In this document: piece by piece, positions 9,319 to 17,887 of the stretch
Numbering within the stretch: position 1 is the stretch's first letter
How the letters are laid out: each line of letters opens with the position of its first letter
DNA from: Armatimonadota bacterium
GTDB taxonomy: Bacteria; Armatimonadota; SYMT01
Reading direction: 5' to 3'
Length of the DNA: 64,000 bases
Assembly (NCBI GenBank): GCA_041690135.1
Contig: JAWLHY010000001.1
Location: forward strand, 800,001 to 864,000
The notes under the pieces: model-generated
Told to the model about the DNA's origin: nothing
Seen by the model: only the letters and a program-made list of their open reading frames with translations
Database searches by the model: none
Position numbers and translations under genes: made by a program

Positions 9319-10176
9319 CTAGAGGATGCCGTCCTCGCGCCCCAGGTCCAACGCCAGGTCCAGCACGTCTTTTCCGCTTCCGTCGGCCAGGAGAGGCGGA
9401 GCCGGCGCACGGGGATCCATCCGCGTGGTGACGAACGAGCCGCCGAACAGTTCATCCAGGCTTTCCGCGATGACCCGTTCTTCCTTCTCATTCTGGGAAG
9501 GCTGACGGACTACCCCCACCGGCACCACGTGGATGACCGACACATCTCCCAGTTGAATCACGTCTCCAGCACGCAGCTCCACCGTCTCACCGGAGGCGAG
9601 CCACCGCCCATTGTGGAGCGTCCCGTTCGTACTGCCGAGGTCCTGCAGGTGATACACCCCCGCCTTCAACCAGATCCGCGCATGGCGCCGCGATACGGCA
9701 TCATCCTGGCTGAGGTCCACTTCCGGATGACAGCCGCTCTCCAGATCCAGGCGACCAATGAGAAGCGCCTCGTCCACGGTACGCAGCATGCGCCGGACCC
9801 CCGAACGAACGTCGAGCGCGAGGGGCTGACGAACCGGTGCCGGAGGACCCAGGTTGGCCTCGCCCGGCTGCCCCGATGCATCCTCATGAGGCGCGTCCAA
9901 CAGTTCGTTGAGGAATTGCGGCTGGAGTTCTTCAAGGTCGCGCGAGAGGCGGGCCTCCAGTTCGGGGTCCGGTAAGAGCGCTCCGTCGCCTAGGGAGGCC
10001 TCTCCGGCACGATTCCCTACGGTACTCCGGGAATGAACGGCGGCCATCTCTTCCGAATCGAAGTCCGGGCGGGCCCGCAGGTAGGCCCAATCGTCGTCGC
10101 CTTCCGGACGCGGCGCGGCAGGGGGTGCCGAGCTTTCTTCCGGATCTGCTTTTTTCAGAAATCCCCAACGGAGCAT
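9319..10176 (-). CDS. FHA-domain protein, canonical
   Basis: IGR...PEVDL...VSRRHARI...QDLGSTNGTLHNG...LRAGDVIQLG. Confidence 0.92.
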   Translation of the reverse strand: MLRWGFLKKADPEESSAPPAAPRPEGDDDWAYLRARPDFDSEEMAAVHSRSTVGNRAGEASLGDGALLPDPELEARLSRDLEELQPQFLNELLDAPHEDASGQPGEANLGPPAPVRQPLALDVRSGVRRMLRTVDEALLIGRLDLESGCHPEVDLSQDDAVSRRHARIWLKAGVYHLQDLGSTNGTLHNGRWLASGETVELRAGDVIQLGDVSVIHVVPVGVVRQPSQNEKEERVIAESLDELFGGSFVTTRMDPRAPAPPLLADGSGKDVLDLALDLGREDGIL

Positions 10177-10530
10177 GACAGTCCATTCCGTCGCGGTCGG
10201 CGCGATGAGGGAGGATCGGGGCGGACAGAAGGAATACAGCTACAATTGTGGCACGTCGGGCATCGCTCTGGAGAGGCCTCGCGCGTCTCCGGCCGTTCCC
10301 GTCCCCGCCAGCCTGGACGATCCCCGTATGATCGGCATTCCAGGTACTACCGCAGGTAAGCGACAAAGCCTATCCTCGGACGCTAGCCCAGCTTCTCCTC
10401 CGGCAAGGACCCTAGCCGATACTCCGGCTAATACTCCGGAAGGATGATAGCAGACTAACTGGGAGAACGGAAGTGAGTCGATCCGCAGGCTCCTCGCTCC
10501 CCTGTCAAGTAACAGAGATCTAACACAACG

Positions 10531-11727
10531 ATGCATCCCTTGAAACGTCTTCTTTCGGTCGCGCTGCCGGCGGCCGTCCTCGCCGTTACTCTTGCCGCGC
10601 CTCCCGCGGGCGCTGAACCGAATACCTTGCAGCCCAAGCAGGTGGGTGACGGATGGATCCTCCTGTTCGACGGCAAGACACAGTTCGGCTGGGCGCCGCG
10701 GGGCGACGCCCGCTGGACTGTCGCCAACGGCAACCTGGTCCCCCTCCCCGGCACGGGGGCCGGCGTCCTCAGCACGACCACCGAGTTCGCCGACTACGAT
10801 CTGAAGGCGGACGTGTGGGTGGACAGCACCGCCAATAGCGGCATCTTCCTGCGCAGCCCCGGCACCGGCCCCATCAACCAGAACAACGCCTACGAAGTCA
10901 ACGTCTTCGATCCGCACCCGCAGTGGCCGTCCGGCAGCATCAACGACGTAGCCCGCGCGGCCGAACGGGTCAAAACGGTGGGCCGTTGGAACACCTACGA
11001 GATCACCGCGGACGGGCCGCGCCTGTTGGTCCGCGTGAACGGCCATACCGTGGTGAACACGACCGACGGCCGCTACGCCCGGGGTACGATCGGACTGCAG
11101 ACCAACGGGCAGGGCGACATTCGGTTCCGGAACGTGATGCTGAAGCCGCGCCGCACCAAGAGCCTGTTCAATGGTAAGGACCTGACCGGTTGGAAGGTGC
11201 TGCCGGACCGCAAATCGGTCTACTCGGTCACCCCCGAGGGTTATCTGAACGTGAAGAACGGGAACGGCGATATCCAGACCACGGGGGAGTTCGGGGACTT
11301 CGTCTTCCAACTCGATATCATCTCCAACGGCACCCACCTGAACAGCGGCGTGTTCTTCCGCGCCGAACCCGGCCAGTTCTGGAGCGGCTACGAAAGCCAG
11401 ATCCGGAACCAGTGGCTGGGGGATGACCGCACCAAGCCGGTCGATTACGGTACCGGCGGGGTTTACAACCGCCAGCCGGCACGCTTCGTCGTGCCCAGCG
11501 ATCGGCAGTGGTTCACCAAGACCATCGTCGCGCACGGGCCGCATATCGCGGTGTGGGTCAACGGCATCCAGGTGAGCGACTTTACCGACACCCGCCCGCC
11601 GCATGCCAGTGCCCGGCAGGGTTACCGCAGCAAGCCCGGCGTCATCAGCCTGCAGGGCCACGACCCGACGACGGACCTTTCGTTCCGCAACCTGCGCATT
11701 TCGGAGATGCCCGCACCGCGGAAGTAG
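10531..11727 (+). CDS. Secreted tandem DUF1080 (3-keto-disaccharide hydrolase-like) protein
   Basis: Signal peptide; two repeats of LF(D/N)GK..GW...NSG(I/V)F.R...G.I.LQ...FRN. Confidence 0.88.
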   Translation: MHPLKRLLSVALPAAVLAVTLAAPPAGAEPNTLQPKQVGDGWILLFDGKTQFGWAPRGDARWTVANGNLVPLPGTGAGVLSTTTEFADYDLKADVWVDSTANSGIFLRSPGTGPINQNNAYEVNVFDPHPQWPSGSINDVARAAERVKTVGRWNTYEITADGPRLLVRVNGHTVVNTTDGRYARGTIGLQTNGQGDIRFRNVMLKPRRTKSLFNGKDLTGWKVLPDRKSVYSVTPEGYLNVKNGNGDIQTTGEFGDFVFQLDIISNGTHLNSGVFFRAEPGQFWSGYESQIRNQWLGDDRTKPVDYGTGGVYNRQPARFVVPSDRQWFTKTIVAHGPHIAVWVNGIQVSDFTDTRPPHASARQGYRSKPGVISLQGHDPTTDLSFRNLRISEMPAPRK

Positions 11728-11739
11728 TTCGAATTGCAA

Positions 11740-11800
11740 ACCCGCAAGAGCCGAGGCCCCGCCGGAAATCCAATCCGGCGGGGCCTCGGCTCTTGCGGGT
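11740..11800. terminator. Perfect 27-bp inverted repeat between convergent genes (likely bidirectional terminator)
   Basis: Arms acccgcaagagccgaggccccgccgga and tccggcggggcctcggctcttgcgggt with a 7-nt loop. Confidence 0.75.
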
Positions 11801-11819
11801 CATTCAAGGACGAAGAGAG

Positions 11820-13547
11820 TTACTTCTTCTTGGGCGCCGGCTTCTTGACTGCCGGCTTCTTGACTGCCGGCTTGCGGGCGACGGGCTTCTTGGCCGGCGC
11901 CTTGGTGGCCGTGGGCTTCTTTACCGGCGCCTTGGGGTTGGTGGAGGGGGTCTTGGGCTGGGTGGAATCGCCACCGGCCGCGGCCGGCTCGGGATCGCGG
12001 TTCCAGGTGAGCGGCGGGAGTTGCGTCTCCTCCCCGGCTTCGACGATCACTTCCACCTCGTTGTTTTGCCAGTGCCCGATTCCGGTCAGCCGAAGATCCT
12101 GGCGCGGCTGGAAGTTCCGGAGCACCCGGTAAGTCCCCGGGCGCACGTTCGGCAGCACCACCTTGCCGGTCGGATCGACCGGAAGATCGATCCAACGCAT
12201 TCCGGCGGTTTCGGCTCCGGATTTGGGAACGAGACCCAAAGCGAGGGCGCCTTCGGGCGGAGCTTCACCATTGATCTTGATGGCCGAGATGAGCGTCCCC
12301 CCTCCCGGCGCGTAGAAGGCCCGGGGGGCGTTAGCGCTGTTCCGGCCGGGAAGCAGCACGTTCCGGCGCGGGATGAAGGCGCCTTCCGGCGGAAGCGGCA
12401 CGTCCTTCATCCGGAACGAGAAGGCGCGGCTGGCCTCTCCGTACTCCGAAACGTTGAGCCGGACCGAGCGGATGGGTTCCTTTACGGGGGCATACTGGGC
12501 CGTGATGTCGTAGGCCAGACCTCCCCCCACCTGACGAGTGCTCTTCTGATGGGTCGTGGGCGTGTGGAAGCCGCCCGCGGCGTCCACCAGCAGCGGCATG
12601 GGGAAGGCCTCCATCCCCTGTACCCGGATCGCTGAGTGCAGGGGAACTTGCACCCGGAAGGTCACGCTGGGCTGTGCGGCGTTATCGGCGGCGGGAACCG
12701 TGACCTTCTGCACTTCCACCACCATTCCGCCCGCCTCCTTCTTCGCGTTCTCCGGCGTCACCGGGAGCGCCACTTCAAAAGGATGGGTGCGCGCGGATTT
12801 ATAGGTGAGCAGATCTCCCTCGATCCAGACGAGCCGGGTCGCCTTCGGATGAACGCCGGACAGGCTTAGCGAGCAGGCCCATTCATCCGGCAGTAGCGTG
12901 CCGGCGAGCGTGGTGCTCGAGGAACTCACCAGGGCGCGCTCGCCGGTGAGGAGGTTGCCCTGGTCGTCCATGGCCACCACATTCTCGATCCCGGCAATCC
13001 GGTCGCTGTCCAGCTCACCCAGGTCGGCCTGGAGTTCCAGGGTCAGCGTCTGGTCGTCCTGGGAGATAGGTCCCCCCGCGAAATCAAGCGCTCGGGTGTT
13101 GCGCACGGAAACACGGCGAACAAAAAGCGAGATCCCCGCGTTCTCCACCAGGCCCACTTTCCTGGCAGGGGAAGCGGAAAGGGCCGACCCGGAGGGGAAG
13201 AGGAGGAACCGCCCCCACTGGCGCGACACCTGGAGCCGGTAGCGGGACTTCAAATCGCGGAGCGCTGTTGCGAGCGTAACGCCGCTCCATTTGAAACTGG
13301 ACTTTTCTTCCAGTATCCGGAGACTGGAGGGGAGCGCGACACCGGCAGGGCGGCGGGGCATCTGGATCTCCACCGGTACCCCCGAAGCTTTCGACAGCTG
13401 GGCGATCGCCTCCTCGGCCGTGGCATTCTGTACGTTCAGCGTTAGCTTGGGGTTGTCGGCCGGCGCAGGCGCCTGGATAACCACCCCCGCCACCAACATC
13501 CATCCCAGCGTCGACCGCTTCAGGTAATTTCGCACACACACCTCCAT
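11820..13547 (-). CDS. Secreted hypothetical protein: STN-like N-terminus, carboxypeptidase-regulatory-like C-domain, Lys/Pro/Ala tail
   Basis: Signal peptide then DNPKLTLNVQNATAEEAIAQLSKASG; LPNVRPGTYRV; PAVKK repeats. Start may instead be GTG 13535 after GGAGG. Confidence 0.7.
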   Translation of the reverse strand: MEVCVRNYLKRSTLGWMLVAGVVIQAPAPADNPKLTLNVQNATAEEAIAQLSKASGVPVEIQMPRRPAGVALPSSLRILEEKSSFKWSGVTLATALRDLKSRYRLQVSRQWGRFLLFPSGSALSASPARKVGLVENAGISLFVRRVSVRNTRALDFAGGPISQDDQTLTLELQADLGELDSDRIAGIENVVAMDDQGNLLTGERALVSSSSTTLAGTLLPDEWACSLSLSGVHPKATRLVWIEGDLLTYKSARTHPFEVALPVTPENAKKEAGGMVVEVQKVTVPAADNAAQPSVTFRVQVPLHSAIRVQGMEAFPMPLLVDAAGGFHTPTTHQKSTRQVGGGLAYDITAQYAPVKEPIRSVRLNVSEYGEASRAFSFRMKDVPLPPEGAFIPRRNVLLPGRNSANAPRAFYAPGGGTLISAIKINGEAPPEGALALGLVPKSGAETAGMRWIDLPVDPTGKVVLPNVRPGTYRVLRNFQPRQDLRLTGIGHWQNNEVEVIVEAGEETQLPPLTWNRDPEPAAAGGDSTQPKTPSTNPKAPVKKPTATKAPAKKPVARKPAVKKPAVKKPAPKKK

Positions 13548-13583
13548 CTTTCACTTCGACCGGTTCGGCCGTTAGGTACCGCC

Positions 13584-15209
13584 TTACTTCTTTCGAGCGG
13601 GAGCCGGCTTCGACCCGGTCCCGCCCGCCGCCGGGGCGGGGCCGGCGCTCCAGCGGAGCACCGGCAGTGCCTGTTCCTTGCCGGCGACCACCTGCACTCG
13701 CACTTCGTAGCCCTGCCAGTGCCCCCCCGGACGGACAGGCGTGTCGCCCCGGTACTTGCGCAACACCCGGTAAGTACCGGGACGAATCTCCTCAAGACGC
13801 ACCTTTCCGTCCGGCCCGATCATCGCTTCGGTCCAGCGCACGGGCCCCCATCCCGTGGCGGTGCGGGCGGCGAGGCCGAGCTGGACGACACCCTGGGGGA
13901 TCGGCTTGTCCGCCACGGCCACGCTCCCCACCAGGGTGCCGCCGCCCTTCTGGTAGAAGGGATGCTCCGCCTCCGGCGGGGCCGCGGGACGCGGTGCGGG
14001 GGCGGGACCTCCCGCGCGCGGGACCACGAGGCTCGCCTCCGGCAGAGGGATATCGGACATCCGGAAGGAGAACAACTTCACCGGCTCCGACTTCTCCACG
14101 ATCTCCCACACCAGCTTCACCGGCTTCTCCGCCATGCCGGGAAAGATCCAGGTGGTATCGCTCACTTGCCATTGCCCATCGCTGGATGAACCGCCGCCGC
14201 GGAAAGTGGAGCCCGGGTAGGACTTGCCGGACTCTCCCACCGCAATAGGTGGCAGCCCCCAACCGCCGGCACGGGAACTGAAGCGGGCGCCCACCGGGCT
14301 GAACACGCGGATGCGGACACTGGGACCGAAGTCCTGAGCCTGGTGAGCGAAGCGCGGTCCGGGTAGATCCGCCTCGTCCCCTTCTTCCTCTGCTTTAGGA
14401 ATCACCTGGAAGCGAGAGGCCACGATCAACATGGGGCCTACTTCCCGGCGAAAGCTCTTGCCCGGCAGGGGAAGGGGGATTTCGGCCCGGTGCTGCTTCA
14501 CGTGCTTGTAGACCATCAGGTCGCCTTCCACCGATACCAGCTTCCTGGCTTTCGAGTGCGGGGAACCGAGATGCAACCCGCCGACCCACTCATCCGGAAA
14601 CTGGTTGGAGTATCCCCCGTAATAGCCGCCGTTTTGATTGGGAGCCTGCAGCACATTTCCCTGGTCGTCGCGCGCCAGCACGTTGTCGAGCCCGGCCACG
14701 GTGTCTCCGTCGCCGTTGGGAATCTCCGCCGCCACCTGGAGATTCAGGCTGCTGTTGCTGTAGCTGGCCCCCGGACCCGCGAAGTTGACGTGACGGTTCT
14801 CGTTGACGCTGACTGAGCGCACGCTGAGCTGCACGCCGCTCTTCTGGACGACCCCCACCGGCTTGCCCGCCGGCGCCCCGCCGGTGAGATAGAGCATGTA
14901 CCGGCCACCGTTGCGGTTGGGCTGGAGATTGAAGCGCGCACAGAGATCCCGCAGGGCGCGGCCGAGGGTGGCATTCGACCAATCGAAGGTCACACGCTCG
15001 GAGGCGAGGTGACCGGCCGAGAGATCGAGGGGAATGCCCGAGGCCTCGCCCAGTTTCTTCAAAGCCTCGCTCAGGGGGGCGTCCTGGATCTTCAGGGCGA
15101 TCTTCGGGTTATCCGCGCGAGCCGGGCCGGAACCGGCTGCAAAAAGGGCCGCGGAAAGTATCGCCCCGGAGGCCAGCGGATAAGGAATACGGGAAGCGGA
15201 GCGGGTCAT
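13584..15209 (-). CDS. Secreted hypothetical protein, tandem paralogue of 11820-13547
   Basis: Shares ADNPK, DDQGN, PDEW, EGDL, FSFRM.D.PLP, FY..GGGTL and RPGTYRVLR with its neighbour; GGAG precedes ATG 15209. Confidence 0.75.
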   Translation of the reverse strand: MTRSASRIPYPLASGAILSAALFAAGSGPARADNPKIALKIQDAPLSEALKKLGEASGIPLDLSAGHLASERVTFDWSNATLGRALRDLCARFNLQPNRNGGRYMLYLTGGAPAGKPVGVVQKSGVQLSVRSVSVNENRHVNFAGPGASYSNSSLNLQVAAEIPNGDGDTVAGLDNVLARDDQGNVLQAPNQNGGYYGGYSNQFPDEWVGGLHLGSPHSKARKLVSVEGDLMVYKHVKQHRAEIPLPLPGKSFRREVGPMLIVASRFQVIPKAEEEGDEADLPGPRFAHQAQDFGPSVRIRVFSPVGARFSSRAGGWGLPPIAVGESGKSYPGSTFRGGGSSSDGQWQVSDTTWIFPGMAEKPVKLVWEIVEKSEPVKLFSFRMSDIPLPEASLVVPRAGGPAPAPRPAAPPEAEHPFYQKGGGTLVGSVAVADKPIPQGVVQLGLAARTATGWGPVRWTEAMIGPDGKVRLEEIRPGTYRVLRKYRGDTPVRPGGHWQGYEVRVQVVAGKEQALPVLRWSAGPAPAAGGTGSKPAPARKK

Positions 15210-15484
15210 TACGGATCTCCCAAGCCCGCCGGAGCGAGGCATCGCCTCGGCACATGGGGACGTGCGGCCCGGAGAGACGGAACTCCGGGGGGCTCGACGA
15301 CGGTTCGTGCGGAGGACACCACTGGTTGGACGCAGGTGGCTTAAGCTATGTTACCGGGAAGCAGCGGCCAACGCAGTAAGCGGCCGGCCTCGTTCACACC
15401 TGCAGGATACACTGTACCGGGTCCATTGGGCAACGAAGCCGCCCCGGCGCGACCGGCTCACCCTGGAGATTCTCGGGAGAAAAG

Positions 15485-17071
15485 ATGATGTCTTCTAACG
15501 GTTCTCATCCTCCATCTTCACCCACTGGCACCGGTAGGCACGAGCCGTCCCATCCCCGGATCGGCGTACCAGAGCTGGCCGGCGTTTGCACCTACACCGA
15601 GGCCGCCGGCACCGGGCTGGGCGTGGAGGAGAACGTCCGCCGCCTGAAACGGTATGCCTGGGTGGAAGCGGGCATGACCGACCTGATGCTCGCCCGTCTG
15701 ACCGCTACCCCGGAGTGGGAGGTGAAAGGTGGACTTTCCCTTCACGTGTGGCTCGATGCGGAGCACGCACGCTGGCTGCAGGCGCGGATCGCCGAGCTCC
15801 GTTCCCCTCCCCACAACTTCCACCTGGCCCCCGACGCCCCCCTGGACTCCTGGCTGCAGGAGGCACTCCGCTCGGCAACGACGGTCGAGTTGCTCACGGC
15901 GCTTTACCGGGTGATGAAGCCAGCGCTGCTCGACGCTTACCGGGCCCACCTGGAAGAGACGCATCCCCTGATCGACTACCCTACTCGCCGCATCCTTCGC
16001 TTCATGATCCTGGAGGAAGAAGAGATGCTGGACTGGGGTGAGGCGGCCCTGGAGGCGCTCCTGACGGATGACGCGAAGCGCGAGGAAGCGCGGGCGTGGG
16101 AAGCACACCTCCGCGCCTACCTGGAGGCCGCCGGCGGGATTGTGGGGGGAGACGCCGTGATCCCCGGCGCGACCGGAGCAGAGCAGGCCGCCCCCGCCGA
16201 AGAGAGCCCGGTATCTCGTGTTGCCAGCCAGCCGACCTCCTTCCGCGTAGCGGCGCCGGAACTCCGGCCGTTCCCGGCTCCTCGCGCGACGGCTCCGCTG
16301 GAGCCGGACTTTTTCCCGCACCGGGACGCACGGTTCGAAAGCTTCAACTACCACTTCCCCCCGCACTGGATCTACGCCCAGCGCGATCGTCCGGCGGATG
16401 AGCGGATGCTGGCGCTCGTCTGCAAGCGCCTCCTCGAAATGGACGTGCCCGAAATGATGACCTCCATCCTCTGGCGTGCCCGGCAGGAGGCGCTCGCGGC
16501 CGGAAAGCCGAAGCCGTGGGACTACACGGCCGACATGTGCCGGCAGATCTGGGATGAAGCGCGGCACAGCATGATGGGCGAGGTGTGGCTGGCGAACCGC
16601 GGCATCGACTTCACCCGCGTTCCCCTCAATATCGGATTCTCACTGGGCCTGAACCAGCTGGCGACCGCCCGTGAGGCCCACGCCACTCTCTACTGGATCG
16701 AGCAGGGTCTGATGCCGCGCACGACCGGCAAGGCTTACGAGTGGCGCACCGCCGTGGAATCCGGGGATGCCCTGGCGAAACTGTTCATGGATTACGACTG
16801 GGCCGACGAAGTGCTGCACGTTCACATCGGCCGGCGGTGGCTGGTGAAGGAGATCGGCAGTCGCGAGGAGGCGGAGCAGCTTGGGGCCGAGGCGTTCGGC
16901 CGGGTCATGGCGATGCGCCGGACCCGCGCGATCGATGGCGCGGCCGAGACGGAGCAGCGGGAATGGTGGCCCGATTTCTGCGAAGCCGTCCTGGGTTATC
17001 GCCCCGCTCCCCTGGCCGCGGAGGTCTACGAAACGCCGGATGCGGACGCTCCCTGGCTGAAGAACGCGTGA
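15485..17071 (+). CDS. Ferritin-like (DUF455-like) diiron-type protein with two helical modules
   Basis: ExxH-type motifs DEARH and DEVLH in the C-half; degenerate DAEH in the N-half. Confidence 0.65.
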   Translation: MMSSNGSHPPSSPTGTGRHEPSHPRIGVPELAGVCTYTEAAGTGLGVEENVRRLKRYAWVEAGMTDLMLARLTATPEWEVKGGLSLHVWLDAEHARWLQARIAELRSPPHNFHLAPDAPLDSWLQEALRSATTVELLTALYRVMKPALLDAYRAHLEETHPLIDYPTRRILRFMILEEEEMLDWGEAALEALLTDDAKREEARAWEAHLRAYLEAAGGIVGGDAVIPGATGAEQAAPAEESPVSRVASQPTSFRVAAPELRPFPAPRATAPLEPDFFPHRDARFESFNYHFPPHWIYAQRDRPADERMLALVCKRLLEMDVPEMMTSILWRARQEALAAGKPKPWDYTADMCRQIWDEARHSMMGEVWLANRGIDFTRVPLNIGFSLGLNQLATAREAHATLYWIEQGLMPRTTGKAYEWRTAVESGDALAKLFMDYDWADEVLHVHIGRRWLVKEIGSREEAEQLGAEAFGRVMAMRRTRAIDGAAETEQREWWPDFCEAVLGYRPAPLAAEVYETPDADAPWLKNA

Positions 17072-17346
17072 TCGCCCGTTGCAGAATACTCTCAATGCCC
17101 CAATGGGAGGGTACGGGCGTACCCGGCGCGAAGATAGGGGTATCCTGTAGCAGGTGACGCAAGCGCCTGCTCCGCGTCTGGATAGTTAGGGCGCGCGCGT
17201 GGTCTTCACGCGACGAGTAGATTCTTTTCCCGGCTCACCGGTCGATCCTCGCTTGCACCCGTAGGATGGGCCGGGCGTATCGTTCCTGACGGGAGCCGGG
17301 TCGGTAGGCGTGCAGCTTCTACCAACTCTCACCGGAGACAACACTG

Positions 17347-17865
17347 ATGCGATTCAAAACGTTTGCTGCGATGGGCGCCGCTGTCGTCGTTGCGGGCGCC
17401 GTTTGGGCGGCCCAGGGCAAGTTGAATGCCGACTGGTCCAGCCCCACCAAGGGTACCTTCGCCGCACCCGCCGCCGAGGTGGGCACCATGCCAAGCAAGG
17501 AGTCCCCGTGGACCGTCACCACGATCACCTCTTCGGTGAAGGGCAAGCCGGTTCCGGGCAAGGCGGTCAGCCTCACGGGCGAGATCGTGGACCTCTCCTG
17601 CTACCTGCAGGTGGGCAAGCATGGCGACAAACATCGCGACTGCGGCCAGAAGTGCGTCCGCAACGGCCAGCCGGTGGGCCTGGTCACGCAGGACGGCAGC
17701 GTCTACATGCTCATCGATGAAGAGCACGATCCGCGCCGCGACGGTCTTACCAACTTCCGCCAGTTTGCCGTCGACAACATGGCTTACGTGGTCAAAGTCA
17801 ACGGTACGCTGACGAAGGTGGACGACCAGAAGGCCCTTTACGTCCAGGGCTACTTGAAGAAGTAG
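17347..17865 (+). CDS. Secreted hypothetical protein with Cys/His motif
   Basis: Signal peptide; LTGEIVDLSCYL...HGDKHRDCGQKCVRNGQPVGL; GGAG ribosome-binding site. Confidence 0.75.
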   Translation: MRFKTFAAMGAAVVVAGAVWAAQGKLNADWSSPTKGTFAAPAAEVGTMPSKESPWTVTTITSSVKGKPVPGKAVSLTGEIVDLSCYLQVGKHGDKHRDCGQKCVRNGQPVGLVTQDGSVYMLIDEEHDPRRDGLTNFRQFAVDNMAYVVKVNGTLTKVDDQKALYVQGYLKK

Positions 17866-17887
17866 CTCCCATCGGAACCAGGTACGC

